Shown: positions 8,763 to 15,461 of the stretch, one piece after another
Layout of the letters: every line of letters starts with the position of its first letter
Numbering within the stretch: the stretch's first letter is position 1
DNA from: Ktedonobacterales bacterium
GTDB lineage: Bacteria; Chloroflexota; Ktedonobacteria; Ktedonobacterales; JADMIN01
Reading direction: 5' to 3'
Assembly (NCBI GenBank): GCA_030167145.1
Contig: CP126532.1
Span: 1,440,001-1,472,000, forward strand
Length of the DNA stretch: 32,000 bases
Program-made: the position numbers and the translations under genes
The notes under the pieces: generated by a model
The model's database searches: none
Seen by the model: the letters and a program-made list of their open reading frames with translations, nothing else
Told to the model about the DNA's origin: nothing

Positions 8763-9968
8763 CTAGCGAGCGCCAGTGGCTGCCCCCGCTTTCTCGCGCT
8801 CACTGCTCGCCGCCGCGTGCTTCGCCGCGACGCTCGCCAGCGCCTGATCCAGATCGGCGATCAAGTCGTCCGCGTCCTCGATGCCCACCGACAGCCGCAG
8901 CAGCGTATCCGTCACGCCACGTTTCTCGCGCTCCTCGGCGGGGATGGAGCCGTGCGTCATGCTCGCCGGGTGGCAGCAGAGCGATTCGACGCCGCCCAGG
9001 CTTTCGGCCAGCGCGAAGAGTCGCAGGTGGCGCACGAACGTATCCACATCCTCGCGCGTACCCTCGAAGGCGAACGAGACCATACCGCCGAAGCCCGCCA
9101 TCTGGCGCTGCGCCAGTTCGTGGTCGGGATGCGACGCCAGCCCTGGATAATACACCGTCCGCACCAGCGGATGCCCCGAAAGAAACTCAGCGACGCGCAT
9201 CGCGTTCTCGCAGTGCTGGCGCATCCGTACAGCGAGCGTCTTCACGCCGCGCAGCACCAGCCACGAATCGAAGGGCGAGGGTACGCCACCCGCCGCATTC
9301 TGATAGAACTTCATCTCCTGGTACAGTTGCTCGTCTGAGGTCAACACCGCGCCGCCAATGACATCGCTGTGTCCGTTGAGGTACTTCGTCGTGCTGTGCG
9401 TCACCACGTCTGCGCCCAGATCCAGCGGCTTCTGCAAGTACGGCGACGCGAACGTGTTGTCCACGACGACGGTGATGCCGCGCTTGTGCGCCTCATCGGC
9501 GACCGCGCGTATGTCCACCAGCGAGAGCAGCGGATTCGTCGGCGTCTCCAACCAGATCATGCGCGTCTCCGGGCGCATCGCGGCGGCGTAGGCCGCCACA
9601 TCTCCCGCTGGCACATAGGTGAAGTCCACCCCCATCGGGCGCAGCACCCGCTCGAAGATACGATACGTGCCGCCGTAGAGGTCGTCGCCCGCGATCACAT
9701 GCTGGCCGGGGCGCAGCACGCTCAGCACCGCGCTGGTCGCCGCCATGCCACTCGAAAAGGCAAGGCCGTAGCGCGCGTTCTCCAGCGAGGCCAGGCAGGT
9801 TTCCAGCGCCGTGCGCGTGGGGTTGTGGGTACGAGAGTACTCGAAGCCCTTGTTGTCGCCTAGCCCCTGCTGCGTGTAGGTGGAGGTCTGAAAAATCGGC
9901 GTAATCGTCGCGCCGGTGCTGGGGTCAGCGTCTTGTCCGGCGTGAATCGCCCGCGTTGCGAAATCCAT
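8763..9968 (-). CDS. Cys/Met-metabolism PLP-dependent enzyme (cystathionine gamma-synthase/gamma-lyase family)
   Basis: 401 aa. MDFATRAIHAGQDADPSTGATITPIFQTSTY..., PLP-lysine motif 'STTKYLNGHSDVIGG', and 'SLGGVESL'. Confidence 0.9.
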   Translation of the reverse strand: MDFATRAIHAGQDADPSTGATITPIFQTSTYTQQGLGDNKGFEYSRTHNPTRTALETCLASLENARYGLAFSSGMAATSAVLSVLRPGQHVIAGDDLYGGTYRIFERVLRPMGVDFTYVPAGDVAAYAAAMRPETRMIWLETPTNPLLSLVDIRAVADEAHKRGITVVVDNTFASPYLQKPLDLGADVVTHSTTKYLNGHSDVIGGAVLTSDEQLYQEMKFYQNAAGGVPSPFDSWLVLRGVKTLAVRMRQHCENAMRVAEFLSGHPLVRTVYYPGLASHPDHELAQRQMAGFGGMVSFAFEGTREDVDTFVRHLRLFALAESLGGVESLCCHPASMTHGSIPAEEREKRGVTDTLLRLSVGIEDADDLIADLDQALASVAAKHAAASSEREKAGAATGAR

Positions 9969-10026
9969 CGGGGGGTAGCCTCACTTCATTGTGGTCGTGC
10001 GCTCTCAACATCGCCGTCGTCTGCTT

Positions 10027-10120
10027 CTGGTCGTGCAGTGGCATGTGTTCGCCACACGTCACCGCACGACGCCGCTAGCGGAAGTATACCATGCGCGCTC
10101 GCGCGTCTTGCCCGGCTGCG
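10027..10120 (-). repeat. 94-bp direct repeat, copy 1 (promoter-like -10, palindrome, long hairpin), upstream of the PLP-enzyme gene
   Basis: Aligns without gaps to 12477-12570 at an offset of exactly 2450 bp; I counted 8 mismatches in 94 positions. On the minus strand it reads TGGTATACT (comp. 10083-10091), then CCGCTAGCGG (10072-10081), then a hairpin at 10030-10070. Confidence 0.8.
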
Positions 10121-10147
10121 CTATATCCAGCACGACGCTACGCTGAG

Positions 10148-11257
10148 CTACACCGCAACCCTCGCGACGTTGAGGTGGTGCGCCGCATCCGTGCCCGTCC
10201 AGGCAACAAGCATTTGTTGGTCAGGTGGCGACAGAACAAAGCCGACAACCGTGCCGCCAACCGCTGTCTCTGGAAGCGTTGCCTTCACGAAATTGGTGGT
10301 CCACTGGTTGAGGTCGAGCGTGTACAGCACGTTCACATGATGCGCCGCATCCGTGCCCGTCCAGCCCAGCCAGTACGGTGGGATGTGGGCCAGTTGTTCG
10401 ATCAGCCCCATCATGCTCGGCCCCGCGCCACTCGTCTCGGCGAACGTCGGCTGCTGGGTCCATGTCGTGCCGTTGGATGAGGTGGCCCACGCGATACGGC
10501 GGCTCGTCAGATCGCTCCAGCTCAGGAAGAGCCGCAACTGAGCGGTCATCGAGAGATCCTGGATGACCGCTGGCTGGCCGAGGCTGTGGAAGCCGCTGAG
10601 GATAGTCTTCGTTCCTGCCACCAGCCCATGATCCGTGATGCTGATGGGCAGCACGTTGAGCGAATGGCCCGCATCCGTCCCCGCCCATGACAGCAGCAGT
10701 GTCTTCAAGTCGGTGAGGGTAAACCACTCGAGCGCGGGCGAGGTGAAGCTGGTGTCGCTCCCCAGCGTCAGCTTCATGGGCGTCGCGCCGGGCACAGAGT
10801 AGAGCACGTTCAGGTGATGCGCTGCATCAGTGCCGGTCCATGCCAGGGCAACCGGCGCAACCTGGGCGCCTTCACCCGTCCCTCGCACCACTGCGGGCCG
10901 GACGAACGACGTTTCGTTCAGCGTCTGTTTCCCAAAAAATTTGACCGTATCATTGGTGTACTCGTAATTGAGCCGACCATCCGTCCCGGTCCAGGCCAGC
11001 ACAGCCAGCGGACCAACTGGAGCGCTGGGTCCGCGTTGGGTCCAGAGCGCCGGACCATCCTTGCTCGTCTCGGGGAGCACTACCTTGCTCGCCTCGTGCG
11101 GAACTGTGTATTCCGCCACAGTCGCCGTGGCCCGCGTCGCCGCCGCGGCCTGGGCGGTACGTGCCGCCACTCCACCGCCGACGACGAAACTCCCGCCGAC
11201 CAATGCGACAATCCCTACGATGCCCTCTAACCGCCCGATGATTCTTCGCCAGTACAT
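10148..11257 (-). CDS. Secreted/anchored repeat protein with six 'W(T/A)GTDxxHxLNV'-type repeats (probable beta-propeller)
   Basis: Start MYWRRIIGRLEGIVGIVALVGGSFVVGGGVAA (signal/anchor) with GGGAGG SD. Repeats: LAWTGTDGRLNYEY, LAWTGTDAAHHLNVLYS, LSWAGTDAGHSLNVLPI, a degenerate LSWSDLTSRRIAWATSSNGTTW, LGWTGTDAAHHVNVLYT and VAWTGTDAAHHLNVARV. An identical 24-nt DNA stretch occurs at 10179-10202 and 10341-10364. Confidence 0.75.
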   Translation of the reverse strand: MYWRRIIGRLEGIVGIVALVGGSFVVGGGVAARTAQAAAATRATATVAEYTVPHEASKVVLPETSKDGPALWTQRGPSAPVGPLAVLAWTGTDGRLNYEYTNDTVKFFGKQTLNETSFVRPAVVRGTGEGAQVAPVALAWTGTDAAHHLNVLYSVPGATPMKLTLGSDTSFTSPALEWFTLTDLKTLLLSWAGTDAGHSLNVLPISITDHGLVAGTKTILSGFHSLGQPAVIQDLSMTAQLRLFLSWSDLTSRRIAWATSSNGTTWTQQPTFAETSGAGPSMMGLIEQLAHIPPYWLGWTGTDAAHHVNVLYTLDLNQWTTNFVKATLPETAVGGTVVGFVLSPPDQQMLVAWTGTDAAHHLNVARVAV

Positions 11258-11515
11258 AGAGAAACCTCCCGTGTTCCGCCGCAGTGAGCGGCTTACGTGT
11301 AGCGTCTCCTCGTATGGGGATAGCGCCTCCTGGCGGATAGACATGCGCACAGCGGCAACACTTCCTTGGCAGCGCGCATGCCTCCTCTCCAGCGTGACAT
11401 GTTCTCCTATATGTCAGCCTGCCATCTCCAGCAGACCACGGGCGGGTCTCGAAACCATCTCACTGCATGGCGTGCGTCTCACACCTCATTCACACTTCGC
11501 TGTCAGGCCCAGCTC

Positions 11516-12307
11516 CTAAGACGAGAGAAAGCCCCCATCAACAGGAAGTACCGCGCCCTGTACATAACTGGCGAGGTCGGAAGCGAGGAACAGCGCGGCT
11601 GTTGCGACTTCATCAGGGAAGCCCCATCTGCCCAAGGATAGCCTGGTTCCAAACTGGTATCCCGTTTTCATCAGATCAACGTTGAGATGCTGCACAGCAG
11701 TCTTCATGAGGTACTGTGTTCCTGGTGTCTTGATGGCTCCCGGAAGCAGCGCATTGACCCGGAAGCCCTGCCTGCCAAAAGCGTGCGCGAGCGAGCGGGT
11801 GAGGGCGATGATTCCCGCCTTGCTCACGCCATAGGGGATGAGGTCGTCTCTAAATGGCACGACGGCTTCGACCGAGGAGATATTGATAATCACCCCTCCC
11901 ACCTTCTTGCGTTTAGCGATGAAGGCCTGACACATCCAGAGAACGGATTCAAGGTTCAAGGCGAGCGTTTGGTCCAGGTAGCTCGAATCAGTCTCAAAGA
12001 AGTCCCGCAAGCGATAGGCGCCTGCGTTATTGATGAGTGTATCAGGACCGTTCGGTTCAATGTGGCTCCAGAAAGCCTCGATCTGTGCCTTGTCTGTCAG
12101 GTCCACTACCTGTGTCGTCACCTGTGAAGCTGTTTTGCCCAGGTCTTCCACGGTCCGCGCCAACCCGGCCTCATCAATATCCATGAGCACGAGATCAGCG
12201 CCAGCCTCTGCAAAGCGCAGCGCCATCGCTTTGCCAATGCCTGCCGCTGCACCTGTGATGAGGATGCGCCGTGCCTCCATTGAGAGCAGTTCTGCGGATG
12301 TACGCAT
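11516..12307 (-). CDS. Short-chain dehydrogenase/reductase (classical SDR)
   Basis: 'RRILITGAAAGIGKA' (TGxxxGxG), 'NNAG', and 'YGVSKAGIIALTRSLA' (YxxxK). AGGAGGAAGG lies upstream of ATG (comp. 12305-12307). The track ORF extends to 12361. Confidence 0.85.
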   Translation of the reverse strand: MRTSAELLSMEARRILITGAAAGIGKAMALRFAEAGADLVLMDIDEAGLARTVEDLGKTASQVTTQVVDLTDKAQIEAFWSHIEPNGPDTLINNAGAYRLRDFFETDSSYLDQTLALNLESVLWMCQAFIAKRKKVGGVIINISSVEAVVPFRDDLIPYGVSKAGIIALTRSLAHAFGRQGFRVNALLPGAIKTPGTQYLMKTAVQHLNVDLMKTGYQFGTRLSLGRWGFPDEVATAALFLASDLASYVQGAVLPVDGGFLSS

Positions 12308-12476
12308 AGTGGGAAAGCCTTCCTCCTGCCAATATGCCATCATGGCAGCAGGATACCGCACTCACCTCACAGGATCGTCTCAAGAGACCTTTCAACGTCA
12401 CAGGCTCATCGTTATACTCTGGCGAAACATCTGCGGCTCAGCATTTGCGGCTCAGTAGTAACGAGCGAACACTATG

Positions 12477-12570
12477 CTGGTCGTGCAGTGGCATGCGTTC
12501 GCCACACGCCACCGCACGACTCCGCTAGCGGCAGTATACCATGCGCGCCCGCGTGTTTTGCCCGGCTGTG
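12477..12570 (-). repeat. 94-bp direct repeat, copy 2, upstream of the SDR/repeat-protein gene pair
   Basis: See copy 1. TGGTATACT at comp. 12533-12541, CCGCTAGCGG at 12522-12531, hairpin at 12480-12520. Confidence 0.8.
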
Positions 12571-12740
12571 TCGCGCCGCTGATAGGTAGCGATGACAGCT
12601 ATACTTGAGATACACTGCGCCTACACGTTATCCGACCTGGCTGTACGAGGAAGTTCACAAGTGCTTCCGGAACACAGAGAATTGCCATGGTTAGGTATTC
12701 GTATTGCATTCAACAGACTCGTTGGGCAGGGGACACCGCC

Positions 12741-13010
12741 ATGTCATTCCTCAACTTTCCCGCAGGCACGGTACTGGTCGTGCCAAACCTCTTCCGCGCA
12801 TGGGTGTGCATTGTCCGCGATCATGATGGCTTGGGCGAACTCGTGCCCGCGACGAACGCGGACGACCTCTTGGAAGATGCGGCCAGTTTCTTGAAGTCAT
12901 TCGGGCCCACTGACCTCGACGGGGGCGTTATCCGCGTGTGCCCACCCGAACTTGCGGCCAAAGCGGTCTTCTCCGATATTGATTTCGCCACAAGGGAAAG
13001 GGATACATGA
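12741..13010 (+). CDS. Hypothetical 89-aa protein, translationally coupled to the TIR gene
   Basis: MSFLNFPAGTVLVVPNLFRAWVCIVRDHDGLGELVPATNADDLLEDAASFLKSFGPTDLDGGVIRVCPPELAAKAVFSDIDFATRERDT. GC3-rich codons from 12741 onward. Its TGA stop overlaps the next ATG (ATGA at 13007-13010). No family recognised. An alternative ATG is at 12687. Confidence 0.45.
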   Translation: MSFLNFPAGTVLVVPNLFRAWVCIVRDHDGLGELVPATNADDLLEDAASFLKSFGPTDLDGGVIRVCPPELAAKAVFSDIDFATRERDT

Positions 13011-14317
13011 TGGCGACCTATCGGCCTACATTCGTGAGCCACGCCCACGCCGATAATGACCTCTGCGACCGCTATGTGAATGCCCTCCGTGCGCGTGGGG
13101 CAGATGTCTGGTACGACCGCACCAATGCCCAAGTGGGCCACATGCTCGGCGCACAACTACGCCACGAACTCGTGCAGCGCTCCGCTTTCGTCCTACTCCT
13201 GACCCAGCCTGCACTCGACTCGTTCTGGGTGACGCTCGAAACACAAAGCTATCTCCAATTAATGGCCCAAGACCCCGCCCGTATCCTGGTGCCGGTCCGT
13301 ATTGGCCCGTGCGACGTTCCCGCCATACTCAACGCTTTCCTATGGGTAGATGCCCTCCATATGCCCTTCGAGCAGGCCGTAGATGCCATCGCCTCCGCTC
13401 TCACCATCACCACGGTGGGGACGCGGCCCGCCGCACCCATGCCTGATGTAACGCCACCCACCCCTGCCGCCCCACGCGACGCCCTGCCGCCGCTCGGCCC
13501 CGCCCCTGCCCCGCGCGACAGCACCTCCGCGCTGCATCTCACCCCTACCTCGCTCTACAATCTCGGCTTCCGTGGCTACACCGTGCGCGGCGTCGATGTG
13601 GTGCTGCCGCCGCTCTGCCCGGTCCCTAACGGCGTCTTCATCATGGGCAGCGACACGAGCAAAGACCCCCAAGCCGACGACAACGAGACGCCGCAATACC
13701 TGGTCGAAGTCGGCCCTTTCGCTCTCGGCCAGCATCCCATCACCGTCGCCGAGTATGCCTGCGCCGTCCGCACCAGTGCCGTTCGCATGCCATCCGAGCT
13801 AGCGGGCGTCTCCTGGCAGAAGCAATTGGCACGCATAGACCACCCCGTCGTCTGCGTCTCCTGGCAGGATGCCGTGGCCTACCTGCGCTGGCTGGCGGGC
13901 GTCACCGATCAACCCTGGCGACTGCCCACCGAAGCCGAGTGGGAGGAAGCAGCACGCGGTGCCGATGGGCGCATCTACCCCTGGGGCGACACCTTCGACA
14001 AGAACCGCTGCAACACCAGCGGAAGCGGTATCTGGACGACGACGCCCGTTGGGCGCTATCCCAATAGTGCTAGCCCCTACGGCGCGCAGGATATGGCGGG
14101 CAACGTCTCTGAGTGGACCAGCAGTCTCTTCGAACCTTATCCCTATAATAAGGCGGATGGGCGTGAAGACCAGAAATCTACTGCAACTAGGGTGCTGCGT
14201 GGCGGCTCGTGGTACGATGTTTCCTGGGGCGCGCGCGCAGCCTTCCGCGACGGCAGCGGACCGGACTACTGCAACAACGATTGGGGGTTCCGGCCTGCGT
14301 GGGCAGCTGATTTATAA
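13007..14317 (+). CDS. TIR domain :: Pro-rich linker :: FGE-sulfatase (SUMF1-like) domain fusion protein
   Basis: The N-terminal ~120 aa ('TFVSHAHADNDLCDRYVNALRARGADVWYD...SAFVLLLTQPALDSFWVTLETQ') align to bacterial TIR domains, including the conserved Glu (E78, codon 13238-13240). The C-terminal ~240 aa carry FGE-sulfatase motifs: 'HPVVCVSWQDAVAYLRWL', 'RLPTEAEWEEAARG', 'YPWGD', 'DMAGNVSEWT', 'RVLRGGSW' and 'WGFRPA'. Confidence 0.85.
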   Translation: MMATYRPTFVSHAHADNDLCDRYVNALRARGADVWYDRTNAQVGHMLGAQLRHELVQRSAFVLLLTQPALDSFWVTLETQSYLQLMAQDPARILVPVRIGPCDVPAILNAFLWVDALHMPFEQAVDAIASALTITTVGTRPAAPMPDVTPPTPAAPRDALPPLGPAPAPRDSTSALHLTPTSLYNLGFRGYTVRGVDVVLPPLCPVPNGVFIMGSDTSKDPQADDNETPQYLVEVGPFALGQHPITVAEYACAVRTSAVRMPSELAGVSWQKQLARIDHPVVCVSWQDAVAYLRWLAGVTDQPWRLPTEAEWEEAARGADGRIYPWGDTFDKNRCNTSGSGIWTTTPVGRYPNSASPYGAQDMAGNVSEWTSSLFEPYPYNKADGREDQKSTATRVLRGGSWYDVSWGARAAFRDGSGPDYCNNDWGFRPAWAADL

Positions 14318-14449
14318 CTCCTGCCAGTTGCTAGTTCGCATCGCGGTCTGTGTTCGTCCACTCCGCATACGAAAGGCGGCGTTGTCAATCTATTGCGAGT
14401 CCCCTTCGGCAGAGATACATGGCACGCACCTGCTTCGTATCCCCTACCC

Positions 14450-15175
14450 TCACGCCGACGTGTGCAGTGCGCGAGCGATCATATTCACCGTGGCGCGTGA
14501 GCCGTAGAGCCAGATCGTGTATTCCTCGCCGTCCTCTTCCACCATCGTCTCGCATGCCGTCTGCCCGGCCATGCGCCGCGCGATGGAGAGCAGCCGCTCC
14601 TTCTCAGCCGCACCAGGGTTGCGCGCGGTCAGCGCCACGCGGCCCAGCTTCTCCTCCGGCTCCAACAGCGAATCCACCAGCGCGGTCAGCTCGCTCACCC
14701 CGAAGATCACCTGCATCGGCGGCGCTTCTGGCTCCAGCGTGGCCCGCAGCGCGTCCGCGTCGTCGCTATCGCTCCGTCGCCGTATCGCGGGCTTGGGCGC
14801 TGCATCCACCATCCGCTGCTCTTGCGCGTGGGTGAGCCGTTCGGCCTCCTCCACCGCCTGCACATACGCGCGGCGCAGATGTTCCAGCAAGACCTCGCGG
14901 TCCTCTTGCTCCACATCCGAGCGGTGATACACATACGCCAGCAATCCGCGCCGCATATCGTGGTAGATGAACGGCTGCGTCATCTCCACCTGCCGCCCAC
15001 AATTTGGGCAGGTCGCCACATTGAGCTGCCCCGCCAGCAGCCGGTAGAGCAACCGCGGCTCCAGCGTCACGTTGACCGTATGATAGACCGTCGCGGCAAA
15101 GTGTTCGCCGCACGCGCACGTCAGCGTCACCTCGCTTGAACGGGGCATTCGCGTTGAATTCGTCTTATTCGCCAT
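14450..15175 (-). CDS. Zinc-ribbon (CpXC-like) domain protein with an uncharacterised C-terminal half
   Basis: 241 aa. 'LTCACGEHF...ATCPNCGRQVEMTQPFIYHD' provides two Cys pairs ~45 aa apart, as in CpXC domains. Acidic linker. The C-terminal ~90 aa are unassigned. Confidence 0.65.
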   Translation of the reverse strand: MANKTNSTRMPRSSEVTLTCACGEHFAATVYHTVNVTLEPRLLYRLLAGQLNVATCPNCGRQVEMTQPFIYHDMRRGLLAYVYHRSDVEQEDREVLLEHLRRAYVQAVEEAERLTHAQEQRMVDAAPKPAIRRRSDSDDADALRATLEPEAPPMQVIFGVSELTALVDSLLEPEEKLGRVALTARNPGAAEKERLLSIARRMAGQTACETMVEEDGEEYTIWLYGSRATVNMIARALHTSA

Positions 15176-15461
15176 ATTCCTGATCTCTCCCTTGTTGCCT
15201 GTCGCCCATCTTCCCTGTCCCGCTAAAGCAGTGTATCATACGCCATATTTCGCGCTTGCGCTGGGAGCCTGGCTCGTGTACGCTAAAGAGGCAGCGCGGC
15301 ATAGCCCTGTCCGCGATCATCCGCGCGTCACCATCGTCACCATATCAGCATCTTGGTGTGAGGAAGCGGACGCGCCAGGCGTAGGTACACTATAAGGTGT
15401 GGTATGGGGGCGGATGGTGGAGTAGCCAGACTCCGGCGCCGCTGGTCGAGGAGAAGGAATC

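Noticed and set aside
8604-9361. 244-aa and 221-aa plus-strand ORFs opposite the PLP-enzyme gene
   Set aside because: Antisense artefacts of a GC3-rich gene. No recognisable motifs, and the minus-strand protein has a clear PLP-lysine signature.
9969-10147. SAM riboswitch or T-box leader upstream of the Cys/Met-metabolism gene
   Set aside because: I looked for the conserved SAM-I core and T-box specifier/antiterminator sequences on the minus strand and found none. The structure present is the repeated hairpin module, which also precedes an unrelated SDR gene.
12570-15180. Calling the TIR cassette region a mobile element or genomic island
   Set aside because: No integrase, transposase, tRNA attachment site or terminal inverted repeats are visible. 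Only the compositional dip and the adjacent 94-bp repeat support foreign origin, so mobility cannot be claimed.
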